A stretch of DNA of 64,000 nucleotides from an uncultured Verrucomicrobiae bacterium (GCA_963764165.1 CAVXRD010000001.1:1152001-1216000); one strand, 5' to 3'. Positions 8,770 to 19,382 are shown, counted from the first letter of the stretch. Numbers and translations: made by a program. Notes: generated from the letters alone by a model not told the origin.

Positions 8770-9692
8770 TGAATAATATGCATCAATTTCTCAGCAAAGT
8801 TCCGTTTGACCTTTATGATCTCGCCTTGTTTCATCTGGTGGCGAAACATCGCAGCTTCACGAAAGCGGCGGAAGCGGCGGGCCTGACCCAAAGTGCCATC
8901 ACGCGCCAAATCCAGGGCATGGAGAACAGCCTGGGCGTCACGTTGCTGGAACGCACCACGCGCTCCGTGCAGGTGACGCCTGCCGGCGAATTTCTTTCGC
9001 TTGAAGCGGCGAGACTTTTAGGGGATGTCGAACGGTCATTAACCCATCTGGCGGAGGAATTCGCCGGGGCGCGCAAAGAAATTCGGGTGGCGGTTTCCAA
9101 TTCCATTGGCCTTGCCTATTTGCCGGGATTTTTCCACGCGAACTTGCGCCGGCTCCCCGACGTAGGATGCACGGTCACCAATCAGTCCAGTGATCAAGTC
9201 CTAACGGCGCTCGAGGCAAACGAGCAGGACCTCGGCGTCTTGTGTCCACCGCCTCGCCTTCCAAATACGGTTCGCGTCACCCATCGGTTCGAGGACACTT
9301 TCACCGTAATCGCCAGCGCGTCCGAATCAGGAAAGATTTCCGCGATAACCAATGCGAAAGGACGGCGCGACTGGCTCATGCAGCAGAAATGGCTGCTCAT
9401 TGGCGAAGGCTCGAACACGGGCAGGCGGATGCGGTCATGGCTGAAGAAACAAGGGTGGCGCATTGATCCCGCGATGCAATTGGATAGCTTTGATTTAATC
9501 ATCAACCTCGTGGCGCTCGGAATGGGAGTAAGCCTGGTGCCGATTCGGGCTTTGGCGCTATATAATCAAAGGCAAAAATTTTGCCGCGTGCCGCTGCCGG
9601 AGGTTTTCACGCGGGAGTTGGTGGTGGTTATCCGCAAACATCGCAAAACGACCGAGCACCTTGAACAGTTCATCGCGAATGTTTTGTTTTAG
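8766..9692 (+). CDS. LysR-family transcriptional regulator
   Basis: SFTKAAEAAGLTQSAITRQIQGME..LLERTTRSVQVTPAG HTH and a substrate-binding domain. Confidence 0.95.
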   Translation: MMNNMHQFLSKVPFDLYDLALFHLVAKHRSFTKAAEAAGLTQSAITRQIQGMENSLGVTLLERTTRSVQVTPAGEFLSLEAARLLGDVERSLTHLAEEFAGARKEIRVAVSNSIGLAYLPGFFHANLRRLPDVGCTVTNQSSDQVLTALEANEQDLGVLCPPPRLPNTVRVTHRFEDTFTVIASASESGKISAITNAKGRRDWLMQQKWLLIGEGSNTGRRMRSWLKKQGWRIDPAMQLDSFDLIINLVALGMGVSLVPIRALALYNQRQKFCRVPLPEVFTRELVVVIRKHRKTTEHLEQFIANVLF

Positions 9693-9862
9693 CGCGGCGC
9701 AATTCGAATTACTTGAATCTAACTTCCGTCTCCAAAAGAAGATAAGTCCACGCGCAGACACAGAGCACCCAAACCGCCCACGAGAAGTGCCGCTGGCGCC
9801 GGAAGGCGATCAAAAGCAGCAGGGTCGGAACTCCCGCCGCAGCAGATCCCTCAACTCTCGTT

Positions 9863-9894
9863 CTCTCTCCCCGCCAAGCGTGGCGGGGAGAGAG
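9863..9894. repeat. Perfect 14-bp stem palindrome (REP-like) in an intergenic region
   Basis: CTCTCTCCCCGCCA-AGCG-TGGCGGGGAGAGAG. Confidence 0.6.
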
Positions 9895-10095
9895 CGATCA
9901 CTTGTCGCTCTGCGGAGCTTTTTGCAGAAGTCCGCCCTCACTAAAACTGAGATGCGCCCCAAATATCAAAGTCCCAAAATTTCGTATGGACAGCCCCGCG
10001 CTGTTATGATAAGCCTCATGCCCCTGTTGTCAGAGCCGGATGGGCTGCTGTCCCGTTTGACTCAGATTTTGAACGCAGGTATACTTTAAATTGAA

Positions 10096-11088
10096 ATGAA
10101 ATCGATACGAATCGCTTATCTCGCCGTGGCGCTGCTCGCCATCGACGCTTTTGCTCAACCGTCGCCAACGGCGCCGCCTTCTCAAGTGCCTCCTTTGCGA
10201 ATGCCCCCCAACGGGGCCAAAATGGCGCAACAGCCATCCATGCCTGCAACGCCCCCGGTGATGCCTCCCAAGGACAGGCTCAGTTACGTCCTGGGCGCGA
10301 ACATCGCCAGCACCATCAAGAAGGATGACTTGGATATCGATGTCGACCTGTTTGCCCAAGGCATGAGGGACACACTCACAAGCACCAATTCCAAATACAC
10401 CGAAGCGGAAATCAAGAGCACCATGACGGCGTTTCAAGGCGCTCTCCGGGCGAAAATGCAGGCGGAGCGCGAAAAGCAGATGAAGGAAGCGCAAGCCAAG
10501 GGCGAAGAAAATAAGGCAAAAGGCGCGGAATACATGGCTGCCAACGGCAAAAAGCCAGGCGTCATCACGCTGACCAATGGCCTGCAATATAAAGTGATCA
10601 CCGAAGGCTCCGGCCCGATGCCGAAACCCAACGACACCGTGACGGTCGCCTACAAAGGCAGCCTCATCAATGGCGTCACATTCGACCAAAACACGAACTT
10701 CACCACCCCAGTGACCGGGCGCACGATCAAGGGTTGGTCGGAAATTCTTCCGCTGATGAAGACCGGTTCCAAGTGGGAAGTGACCATCCCGGGCGACCTT
10801 GCCTATGGCCCGCGCGGCAACCAGAAGATTGGCCCGAATGAAGTGCTGATTTTCGATATGGAATTGATTTCGGTAACGCCGGGACCCGCGGTTCCCGCGC
10901 CTGGTTCCGGGCCAAAGCCGGTTTCCATGAACCCGAAGCCAGCGCCGATGCCGCTTTCGTCCAATATGCCTCCTCCTCCCGGAGGCAGCATGAATGTTGT
11001 CAGCGGCCAGATCATCAAGGTTCCCTCCAAGGCGGACATGGATAAAGGCGCGAAGATCGAAGTGATCACCAACGCCTCCAACCAATAG
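10096..11088 (+). CDS. FKBP-type peptidyl-prolyl cis-trans isomerase (FkpA/Mip-like) with signal peptide and Pro-rich tail
   Basis: SYVLGANI N-domain; GLQYKVITEGSG, VTVAYKGSLING, IKGWSE, IPGDLAYG, LIFDMELI. Confidence 0.93.
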   Translation: MKSIRIAYLAVALLAIDAFAQPSPTAPPSQVPPLRMPPNGAKMAQQPSMPATPPVMPPKDRLSYVLGANIASTIKKDDLDIDVDLFAQGMRDTLTSTNSKYTEAEIKSTMTAFQGALRAKMQAEREKQMKEAQAKGEENKAKGAEYMAANGKKPGVITLTNGLQYKVITEGSGPMPKPNDTVTVAYKGSLINGVTFDQNTNFTTPVTGRTIKGWSEILPLMKTGSKWEVTIPGDLAYGPRGNQKIGPNEVLIFDMELISVTPGPAVPAPGSGPKPVSMNPKPAPMPLSSNMPPPPGGSMNVVSGQIIKVPSKADMDKGAKIEVITNASNQ

Positions 11089-11108
11089 CCCCGCGTATTG
11101 GGCAGAAA

Positions 11109-11274
11109 GCAGGAACGCCTCGACGAGGCGTCCAGGGGCGTGGCGGTTTGCGGGAGCATAAATTCGCGCCGAGATCGGGGTGGGCCAAGACACTTTTCGC
11201 GCCGAGCCTTTGAAGAAAAAAGATCGCGCTCGAAAACTGCCACGGCATCGGACGCCTCGGCGAGGCGCCCCCAC
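11109..11274. repeat. REP doublet (REPIN-like), degenerate GTAG-family copy
   Basis: GCAGGAACGCCTCGACGAGGCGTCC ... GGACGCCTCGGCGAGGCGCCCCCAC in inverted orientation. Confidence 0.75.
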
Positions 11275-11336
11275 CTTTTCAGGACAGGCGAAACGCGAGG
11301 CTTGCACTCGATAAACCCGCCGCTAATATCCGACGC

Positions 11337-13604
11337 ATGGCGAATTTGCCGGGCGCCGCGCCCAACGAAAAACCAGCCCCAAAGCCCTATATCGGGCCGG
11401 AGACCCAGCTTCGCGAATTTACTGTCCGCGGGATCATTCTTGGCGTGTTTCTGGGCGTCATTTTTGGGGCGTCGTCTCTTTATCTTGTGCTGCTCGTCGG
11501 GTTGACTGTCAGCGCTTCCATCCCTGTGGCCGTCATTTCTTTGACACTGTTCCGCTTGCTGGCAAAATTTGGATTCAGGGACGCCAACATTCTGGAGAAC
11601 AACATTGTCCAGACCGCGGGGTCGGCGGGCGAATCCATTGCCTTCGGCGTCGGTGTGACAATGCCGGCAATCATGATTTTGGGGTTCGATTTGGACGTGC
11701 AGCGCGTGATCCTCGTCGGGACTTTGGGCGCGCTGCTCGGGATACTGATGATGATTCCGCTTCGGCGGGCCTTGATTGTCCAACAACACGAGGAGCTGAA
11801 ATATCCCGAAGGAACTGCCTGCGCGGAAGTTTTGAAAGCCGGCGCGGATGAAGAATCACGCGCGGTCTCGCAGCACAAGAGCCGCGCGGACGCTGGCGAG
11901 CCGAGCGGCGCGGCCATCTTCGGCGGCTTCGCTCTTGGCCTGGTTTACAAGACAGCGATGTCCGCCTTTCGTGCGTGGAAGGATGTTCCGGCAAAGATTT
12001 TTGGGCCGCCACTCAACGGCGGTTCGGTTGCGGTGGATATTTCCCCGGAGTTGGTGGGCGTCGGTTACATTATCGGCCCTCGCATATCCTGCATAATGGC
12101 GGCGGGCGGCGTGCTCTCTTACCTGGTGCTGATTCCAATCATCAAATTCTTCGGGGCGTCGGCCGCCACCGCCATCGCGCCCGGCACAATTCCGATAAGC
12201 CAGATGAGCCCCGACGCGGTTCGGAAGTTTTACGTTCTCTATATTGGCGCCGGTGCGGTTGCGACGGGCGGCATCATCAGCCTGATTAAATCGCTGCCGG
12301 TGATTCTTCGCGGCGTGAAGGCGGGCTTGTCGGATTTCGGGGCTTCCGCCGCCGCCGCTCGCGCGGTCGCCCTGCGAACCGATCGCGATCTTTCGATGAA
12401 ATTCGTCATCGGCGGATGTCTGCTTCTAGTGGCGGCGATTTGGGCCACTCCCACTCTGCAAATGAACTGGGCCGGCGCGATTTTGATCGTCGTCTTCGGT
12501 TTTTTGTTCGTAACTGTTTCGTCGCGGCTGACGGGCGAAATCGGATCCTCGTCCAATCCCATTTCGGGGATGACCATTGCGACGGTATTGTTGACATGCT
12601 TGGCGTTCCTGGCGGCGGGCTGGACGGCGGTGGGATATTATGTCACTGCCTTGTCGGTCGGCGGCATCGTGTGCGTGGCGGCCTCCAACGGCGGTTCCAC
12701 CTCGCAGGATTTGAAGACCGGCTACCTGGTTGGAGCCACGCCGAAATACCAGCAAATTGCCATCATGATTGGGGCGTTTTTCTCGGCCCTGGCGATGGGG
12801 CCCATCCTTTTGGCGCTGAACAACAACAACACAATTTATGTTCCGGCGGCGCAAGTCGCACCCGGACTGCGTGCGCCGGCCGATGCCAAGTTTGGCCCGC
12901 GTGAGACGTTGACAGGCCCGCAAGCCGCCAATGACTCCAAGTCTTACCGCACCTGGCACGTCGAAAACGAGGCCGACTCCACCTCGCGCAAGTATCTCGT
13001 CGATGATTCGGGCGCGGCGGTTTATCTGGCTGATCCGGGGATCAACGGCGAATTCACGAAACGTCCCGATGGCTCGGAGGTCAAAAAGTTCTCGGCCCCC
13101 AAGGCGGTGCTGATTTCCTACATCATCAAAGGCATTCTCAAAGGCAAACTTCCATGGGCGCTGGTGCTGTTCGGCGTCATGATTGCCGGGGTGCTGGAAT
13201 TGTGCGGCATTTCGTCACTGGCTTTTGCCGTGGGTGTTTATATCCCGATTGAATCGTCGATGCCGCTGCTGGTCGGCGGAGCGGTTCGCTGGCTGGCGGA
13301 TCGCCGGCGCCGCGTGGCCCAGCCGCATCTGACCGACGACGAACATTCCGCCGAAAGCGACCGGAGCGCAGGCGTTTTGCTCGCCAGCGGCTACATCGCG
13401 GCGGGTTCCATCGGCGGGATTATCGTGGCGTTCTTGAAGGCCAAGATGCCCGGCACAGACGACCGCCTTGAAAAATGGGCCGCAGCGCACAACCCATTCT
13501 ACGCCGGGCCGCACGAAGATTTGCTGGCCATGATCCCGTTTGTGGCGCTCACGCTGGTGTTGCTGTGGGTCGGGATGCGGTATAAGAAACCGGCGACTGC
13601 GTGA
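11337..13604 (+). CDS. OPT-family oligopeptide/metal-chelate transporter
   Basis: ENNIVQTAGSAGES, YPEGTACAEVL, SSNPISGMTIAT, SQDLKTGYLVGATP; many TM helices. Confidence 0.95.
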   Translation: MANLPGAAPNEKPAPKPYIGPETQLREFTVRGIILGVFLGVIFGASSLYLVLLVGLTVSASIPVAVISLTLFRLLAKFGFRDANILENNIVQTAGSAGESIAFGVGVTMPAIMILGFDLDVQRVILVGTLGALLGILMMIPLRRALIVQQHEELKYPEGTACAEVLKAGADEESRAVSQHKSRADAGEPSGAAIFGGFALGLVYKTAMSAFRAWKDVPAKIFGPPLNGGSVAVDISPELVGVGYIIGPRISCIMAAGGVLSYLVLIPIIKFFGASAATAIAPGTIPISQMSPDAVRKFYVLYIGAGAVATGGIISLIKSLPVILRGVKAGLSDFGASAAAARAVALRTDRDLSMKFVIGGCLLLVAAIWATPTLQMNWAGAILIVVFGFLFVTVSSRLTGEIGSSSNPISGMTIATVLLTCLAFLAAGWTAVGYYVTALSVGGIVCVAASNGGSTSQDLKTGYLVGATPKYQQIAIMIGAFFSALAMGPILLALNNNNTIYVPAAQVAPGLRAPADAKFGPRETLTGPQAANDSKSYRTWHVENEADSTSRKYLVDDSGAAVYLADPGINGEFTKRPDGSEVKKFSAPKAVLISYIIKGILKGKLPWALVLFGVMIAGVLELCGISSLAFAVGVYIPIESSMPLLVGGAVRWLADRRRRVAQPHLTDDEHSAESDRSAGVLLASGYIAAGSIGGIIVAFLKAKMPGTDDRLEKWAAAHNPFYAGPHEDLLAMIPFVALTLVLLWVGMRYKKPATA

Positions 13605-13685
13605 TTGTGGCGCAATGCACGGACGCCTTGGCGAGTTCGGTGAAATAGCAGTGTCCAATTTGATTCATGTCAGATGAGTTGCACC

Positions 13686-14138
13686 CTACCCTTTTCGGAT
13701 TAAATCCGAAAGCTCAACGACATTCTCGAATTCCGCAACCGTCAATGGCTTCGCCACGAAGGATCGGGCGCCAAGCAAGACCGTGATTTCGGCCAATTCC
13801 GGGCTGTCCGTGCCGGAAAGCACATGCACCGGAATTTGATTGTGCGGCGGATTGCGCGAAAGCCATCGAAGCACTTCAAGTCCGGTCATTCCGCGCATTG
13901 TCAGATCGAGGAGCACCAAGAACGGGTAGGGAAACTTTTCCCGGTCCGCAAACTGGTCCCTGCCCTCCAGGTAATCCATCAATTTCATCCCGGAATCCAC
14001 CCGCGTGACCCGGAACGAAGGGCGGGCGGCACGGATGGTGCGTTCGGTCAGGAGCAAGTCGCCTGCATCGTCATCGACTAGGAGGATGGTTTGCGGCTGC
14101 GCGGTGTCAGAATCTTCGGAATCTTCGGGCGTAAACAT
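13686..14138 (-). CDS. Single-domain response regulator (receiver)
   Basis: ILLVDDD, LVLLDL, GLEVL, FVAKP. Start uncertain (14138 or 14171). Confidence 0.85.
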   Translation of the reverse strand: MFTPEDSEDSDTAQPQTILLVDDDAGDLLLTERTIRAARPSFRVTRVDSGMKLMDYLEGRDQFADREKFPYPFLVLLDLTMRGMTGLEVLRWLSRNPPHNQIPVHVLSGTDSPELAEITVLLGARSFVAKPLTVAEFENVVELSDLIRKG

Positions 14139-14294
14139 TACGCTTCCAGTATGCATGCATCTCGCGGTCAATGGGTATCAGGGAAAACCTTGTCAAAATA
14201 TGAGAATTTGCTCGGCATTGGATTAGGGCTGAGAGTGGGGGGGGCCGCAATGGGGTATATACCGAACAATGCCATTGGCTCAATCGCGATGGCA

Positions 14295-14381
14295 TGTTGC
14301 GGGTTGTTGCCACCCTGTTGCCATTTTTGTTGCCCCCTAAACTGTTGATCATGAATGATGTAGCGGGTGTTGCCCCTTTTT
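14295..14381 (+). repeat. Hexamer-array module copy A (TGTTGC x4, core, x2, T5)
   Basis: Hexamers start at 14295, 14305, 14316, 14328, 14359 (TGTAGC) and 14368; core TAAACTGTTGATCATGAATGA; TTTTT at 14377. Confidence 0.85.
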
Positions 14382-14502
14382 GGAGGTTATATATAAATTG
14401 CACGCCTCCGTCTCATGGATGCGAACGATGATGTTCCAGACCGAGCTTGGAGACGATTGTTCAGTTGAAATTCATCATTCTCTTAGGCACTCTTTATGGG
14501 TC

Positions 14503-16287
14503 GTGAGGCTCGCTTCTATTTTGGCTGGATGGCTCGTGGTCGCTTTTGGTTTGACGGCTCAGGCCGATCTGAACCTGACGGAATGCACTGACCTCAATGG
14601 CGCTTATCACCGTCCCTTCGTGGCGGGCGCGAAATCGGGCTCCGTGCTTATCTTTTATTGGCATGATTGCCCGATCTGCAACAGCTACGCGCCCGAGATC
14701 AATCGCATTTCCAAGGCGTATACGAATTTTTCGTTCTACATCGTTCAAGTCGATCCTGACTTGACCGCCGCCGAAGCCAAAAAACACGCCGAGCAATACG
14801 AATTGCGCCCGCCCGTTTTGCTCGATCCGCGGCATCGCCTCGTCCTGGCGGCCAAGGCCACCGTCGCGCCGGAAGCTGTCGTCTACAATAAAAAAGGCGA
14901 GGCGGTGTATCGCGGGCGCATCGATAATCTTTACTCCGCCCTCAACCAGCGCCGGTCAGAGGCGACGGAGCACGACTTGCGAAGCGCGCTTGATGCCGTC
15001 GCCGCCGGTCGCGTCGTCACGGCGCAGCCGGAGCCGATGGGATGTTCGATTTCCACTTCCGTGGCGGCGGTGAAAGCTCCAACCTTTGACAGGGACATTG
15101 CGCCGATTCTTTACGACAAGTGCGCTGTTTGCCATCGGCCCGGCGAGGTGGCGCCGTTTTCGTTGTTGAGCTATGGCGATGCCGCGAAGCGCGCGAAACA
15201 AATTGCCCGAGTGACCGGCGAAAGAATCATGCCGCCATGGAAAGCTGAGCCGGGTTACGGAGAATTCGCCAATGACCGCCACCTGACCACCGATCAAATC
15301 GACTTGATTCAGGAATGGGCCAAATCCGGCGCAGTGGAAGGCAGCGCCGCCGATCTTCCGCCCGCGCCGAAATTCACCGACGGCTGGACGCTCGGCGAAC
15401 CGGATGTGGTGCTCGAGCCGGATGAAGATTTTCACTTGGCGGCGGAAGGTCCGGATCTTTACCGATGCTTTGTCATCCCGTCGAAATTCACCGAGGATCA
15501 CTACATCGCGGCCATGGAAATCCGGCCGGGCAACCGAAAGGTCGTCCACCACGTCATCATGCATTTCGATACCACGGGCGCAGCGCGGGAATTGGACGCC
15601 AAGGATCCGGGCCCGGGTTACACAGCGTTTGGCGGCGTCGGATTCAAATCCGGCGGAACGATTGGCGGATGGGCGCCCGGAAATTACCCCACCTACCTCC
15701 CTGACGGCGTAGGCCGCTTCGTTCCCAAAGGCGCCGATCTGGTCATGCAGGTGCATTATCATCGCTCGGGCAAACCCGAAACGGACCGGACGAAAGTCGG
15801 CCTGTATTTTGCCAAAGGTCCCGTCGACAAACGCCTTCGCGCCAGGATGGTTTTGAAGTTTTTGCTGCGCATTCCGCCGGGAGACCCCGATTACGTCGTT
15901 CACAGTTCGATTACTCTGGAAAACGACGTCACTGCGTATCGTGTCACGCCGCACATGCATTTGCTTGGAAAAGACATGAAAGTCACCGCCATCCTGCCGG
16001 ATGAAACCGCCGTGCCGCTGGTGCATGTGGTGAATTGGGATTTCAACTGGCAAACCTCCTACGAATTCGCCAAGCCGATTCGGCTTCCCGCCGGGACAAA
16101 GGTCACGCTGGAGGCGCATTACGACAATTCCTCCAAGAACCCATTAAACCCGCACAATCCGCCGGAAGTCGTCCATTGGGGCGAACAAACCACGGAGGAG
16201 ATGTGCATTGCTTTCCTGAATTTCACCCTGGACAAGGAACATTTGATGCGCGCGGCCACCTCCGCCAAAGACTCCGGCGGCGAGTGA
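14503..16287 (+). CDS. Secreted redoxin / c-type heme / copper type II monooxygenase-like multidomain protein
   Basis: Signal peptide from GTG 14503 (inferred start); thioredoxin-like CPIC and YRGRID; CAVCH heme motif; VVHH, PHMH and EEMC copper-ligand-like motifs. Confidence 0.8.
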   Translation: MRLASILAGWLVVAFGLTAQADLNLTECTDLNGAYHRPFVAGAKSGSVLIFYWHDCPICNSYAPEINRISKAYTNFSFYIVQVDPDLTAAEAKKHAEQYELRPPVLLDPRHRLVLAAKATVAPEAVVYNKKGEAVYRGRIDNLYSALNQRRSEATEHDLRSALDAVAAGRVVTAQPEPMGCSISTSVAAVKAPTFDRDIAPILYDKCAVCHRPGEVAPFSLLSYGDAAKRAKQIARVTGERIMPPWKAEPGYGEFANDRHLTTDQIDLIQEWAKSGAVEGSAADLPPAPKFTDGWTLGEPDVVLEPDEDFHLAAEGPDLYRCFVIPSKFTEDHYIAAMEIRPGNRKVVHHVIMHFDTTGAARELDAKDPGPGYTAFGGVGFKSGGTIGGWAPGNYPTYLPDGVGRFVPKGADLVMQVHYHRSGKPETDRTKVGLYFAKGPVDKRLRARMVLKFLLRIPPGDPDYVVHSSITLENDVTAYRVTPHMHLLGKDMKVTAILPDETAVPLVHVVNWDFNWQTSYEFAKPIRLPAGTKVTLEAHYDNSSKNPLNPHNPPEVVHWGEQTTEEMCIAFLNFTLDKEHLMRAATSAKDSGGE

Positions 16288-16336
16288 TTCAGTTGACGGC
16301 CCGAACCGTTCAGCAAGCCCCGGCACAACTTATTAG

Positions 16337-17647
16337 TTAGTTGGCCTGCACGATTTGAACTGATCCAGAAAGGTCTATGGATTTACCGTCTGAAGATACG
16401 GCGGGCAGAAGATCAATCGATGGCCCCACGGGCACGGATTTTCCCGAAATCGTTTGCATCTCTTGGGCGGCAAGATGGGTTTGCAGTCCAGCCAGCGCGG
16501 CCGCCTTTGGGAAGGTCAGCCTGTCAATGTTATGCGCTTCAACGGCGGCCATGAGCGACTTCATTTGTACTGGCGTATATTTGTCAGACACGTTGGTTGC
16601 GTTTTGCCTTGCAAAGAGAGACTTCAGTCCGAGCGCTTCCATATCTTTTTCAGGTGCTTCGACAATATCTGAGGTGATAAGGACCTGCGGCGAAGCGTCT
16701 TGCGGTGCTTCAATCTTGTTTCCTAGAGAATCGATCCACTCGGGAGTGACAAAGAAGAAAACGCGCTGCCCATCCTCGACCTGCCATCCGCCCGCCACCA
16801 GCGTTTCGCCCGGGGCGAGCGTTATTTGGATTTTCGACCCGAATTCCTTAATCCCCGACCCATGCGATTTGTGCGCGATTTTGACGCCTCCAATCGCGGT
16901 CAACACGACCACGCCAACAACAATCGCTGTTTGTGTTTTTGTCCATGCCATAAGTTTCAATGCTCCATTGATGACGGTTAAAGTTGAACTGCTCGCCGTC
17001 GCGCCTTTAACAACGGCAGCGGCGGTGGTCGCCTTGGCCAGCGCGGCCGGAGCGGCTTGAACGGAATTGGAGGAAATTGCTCCGGCAATGATAGCCGCGG
17101 TTGAAGACACGCCTCGTTTGGAAAAGTGAGCGCGCAGCTTGTCCAAGCCCCGCGCCACCCGTTTCCGGGCGGACTCCTCGGTTGCGCCCAACGCCTCCCC
17201 AACCTCCCGCAAACTTCGGTTCTCAAAATAGCGCAGGAGAAGCGCATCGCGGTCGGTTTGTCCAAGCCGGTTCATCGCTTCGTCCAGCAGGGGCGACAAT
17301 TCCAGCCAGGCCGCCTCCGCAGAATCATTATCCATCGTGGATTGCATCTGTGCCTCCTGTTCGCGGCGTCGGCGGCTGGATTCAGTTCTCAACACATTGG
17401 CCGCTGTAAAACGGGTGGTGCGATAGAGCCAGCCGGGGAGGATTGTTTTTTCGTGAATCGAGCCAGCCTTTCTGGCTAGAATAATGAAAACCGCCTGGGT
17501 TATCTCCTCTGCCAGAACCGGATCACGCACTTGCCGCAAGGCTGACGAATAAACGAGGCTGATATGGCGCGCCACCAACGCGGCAAAAGCCTCCTCGGAA
17601 CTGTGCCGGGCATACTCCCGCAGCAATTCCATGTCGTGATCCATCAT
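16337..17647 (-). CDS. ECF sigma-70 factor with TM helix and C-terminal extracytoplasmic extension
   Basis: Region 2 ([20 protein letters not shown]), region 4 ([19 protein letters not shown]), Ala-rich linker, TM segment [15 protein letters not shown]. Confidence 0.9.
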   Translation of the reverse strand: MMDHDMELLREYARHSSEEAFAALVARHISLVYSSALRQVRDPVLAEEITQAVFIILARKAGSIHEKTILPGWLYRTTRFTAANVLRTESSRRRREQEAQMQSTMDNDSAEAAWLELSPLLDEAMNRLGQTDRDALLLRYFENRSLREVGEALGATEESARKRVARGLDKLRAHFSKRGVSSTAAIIAGAISSNSVQAAPAALAKATTAAAVVKGATASSSTLTVINGALKLMAWTKTQTAIVVGVVVLTAIGGVKIAHKSHGSGIKEFGSKIQITLAPGETLVAGGWQVEDGQRVFFFVTPEWIDSLGNKIEAPQDASPQVLITSDIVEAPEKDMEALGLKSLFARQNATNVSDKYTPVQMKSLMAAVEAHNIDRLTFPKAAALAGLQTHLAAQEMQTISGKSVPVGPSIDLLPAVSSDGKSIDLSGSVQIVQAN

Positions 17648-17781
17648 TCACGTTATACATGTAAGCCCGAATGAAAAGCGGACAGTTTATTTTGCGGCAG
17701 CGGGCGCGCAACCCACATGGGTGACAAAAAAGGGATCCCAGAGCCATCACACACCGTCAGGGGGCCAATCAATGAAGAGCC

Positions 17782-17859
17782 AACAGAAGGAAACGAAGAC
17801 GGGCGAACTCCGGCGGATACGATTTGTTCCCCCCTTCCTTTCCTTCGTTTCCTTCTGTT
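17782..17859. repeat. 17-bp perfect inverted repeat with a 44-bp spacer
   Basis: AACAGAAGGAAACGAAG (17782-17798) and CTTCGTTTCCTTCTGTT (17843-17859). Confidence 0.7.
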
Positions 17860-17944
17860 AAGACCCTTCCGGCTAATTTTCATTGTCGCTGCGAAAATCA
17901 ACGCTAGTGGGGGTCTCTCCCAGCCGAGGTGGGATGGACTGTTT

Positions 17945-17985
17945 TGTGACGGGTCGGCGTGACTATATGTGACGGTATTTGTGAG
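17945..17985 (+). repeat. Truncated hexamer-array module copy D (left half of a TGTGAC-type copy)
   Basis: TGTGAC 17945, CGTGAC 17958, TGTGAC 17968, TGTGAG 17980. Spacing 13/10/12 equals copy B, and TGTGACGGTATTTGTGA is shared. Confidence 0.8.
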
Positions 17986-18187
17986 GTTCCTCGCTGTTTT
18001 CAGTGGAGTGCGGATTTGCCTTTGTGTTCCTCTGCGCACTCTTCTTCTCTGCGCGAAAGTTCTTTTCCCTCTGGGAGGCTGTTGACGATGCGTATGATGC
18101 CGTCCTTGATTGGCTCCAGACCAAAATTAAGGAGTGGACGCGGTAAGCGGCCTCAACGATCTTTGCGGTGATCTCATTTGGGACATT

Positions 18188-19336
18188 ATGGTTGCGAAAT
18201 CTAAACTCATCCTCTGCCTCGCCCTCGTTTTGAGCGGCGGTGTGGCCTCAATCAGTTTAGGAGCGGAAGACACGGCACGCTTCCCAATCATTGATTTTGA
18301 AACGAACAAAAGCGAGATCGGATTCACAAGCGAGGTCGGATTCATTGATGCGTCCGGTAAAATTGCCATTCCACTCAACACCAACTGGTTTCTGGCGTCA
18401 ATCGATCGCCGGTGCTTTTTGGAAGGATTGGAGCCGGTGCATATTCGCCGCAAGGTTGGGCGAATTACCGGAGACTGGGGCTACATAGACCCGCAGGGAA
18501 AATTCGCGGTTGAGCCTCAATTTTCTTACGCAGAACCATTCTCGGAAGGACTGGCTGCGGTTTGCGACGCATCCACCAAATACGGAAATAAGGTTGGATA
18601 CATCGACCAGGCCGGCAAATACGTTATTCCGCCGCAATTTGACGAGGCATCTGCTTTTTCAGAGGGATTCGCCCGCGTCGCTGTCAGCAATCTATACGGC
18701 TACATTGATAAGCGCGGCGCTTTTATCGTGAAGCCGCAATATCGCACTGGCGCCGAACACGGTTTCGCGGAAGGCTTGGTCTGGGTTGAATCTGATGGAA
18801 AATGGGGATGCATAAATGGGAAAGGTGAAAATGTCATTGCATTTAAGTTCGCCGGCCCCAGTTCGTTTTCCGATGGGTTGGCGCCCGTGACTCTGGCGGA
18901 TAGCACGAATGACGCTGGACTGCTAACACCTTCGACAGGATACATCGATAAAAGCGGCGCATTTGTCATCGCGCCGCAATTCAATTTGGCTTGGAAGTTT
19001 TCCGAAGGCTTGGCGCGGGTTGATATGGCCGGAAAAATGACCTACATCAACAAGCAGGGAAAAACGGTATTCACCATTGCCAACGGCGGTTGGGCGGATG
19101 AATTTTCCGAAGGGTTGGCAAATGTTTCGATTCGGAAAGGTTCTGGCCCGGAATCGTGGGGCTATATTAATCGGAACGGTGAATTTGTGATCAAACCGCA
19201 ATTCCAACAGGCAAAGCCGTTTTATCGCGGGTTGGCGCAAGTGTTCCTCAACGGACAAATGGGCTACATCGACAAAACAGGACAGTTCGTCTGGAAAGGG
19301 AAGACAAGCCCAATGTGGCAGCCGGCAGCAAAGTGA
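18188..19336 (+). CDS. WG-repeat (KWG-like) secreted protein
   Basis: Signal peptide MVAKSKLILCLALVLSGG; repeated FSEGLA.V...WGYID..G..VI.PQF units. Confidence 0.92.
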   Translation: MVAKSKLILCLALVLSGGVASISLGAEDTARFPIIDFETNKSEIGFTSEVGFIDASGKIAIPLNTNWFLASIDRRCFLEGLEPVHIRRKVGRITGDWGYIDPQGKFAVEPQFSYAEPFSEGLAAVCDASTKYGNKVGYIDQAGKYVIPPQFDEASAFSEGFARVAVSNLYGYIDKRGAFIVKPQYRTGAEHGFAEGLVWVESDGKWGCINGKGENVIAFKFAGPSSFSDGLAPVTLADSTNDAGLLTPSTGYIDKSGAFVIAPQFNLAWKFSEGLARVDMAGKMTYINKQGKTVFTIANGGWADEFSEGLANVSIRKGSGPESWGYINRNGEFVIKPQFQQAKPFYRGLAQVFLNGQMGYIDKTGQFVWKGKTSPMWQPAAK

Positions 19337-19382
19337 GTTCGAACCCAAGAGTTTCGCCCTCCCCACGTTGGAGCAGGGATTT

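Noticed and set aside
14237..14244. G8 tract as a phase-variation switch
   Set aside because: Intergenic and short, and not clearly within a promoter spacer; there is no evidence without read data.
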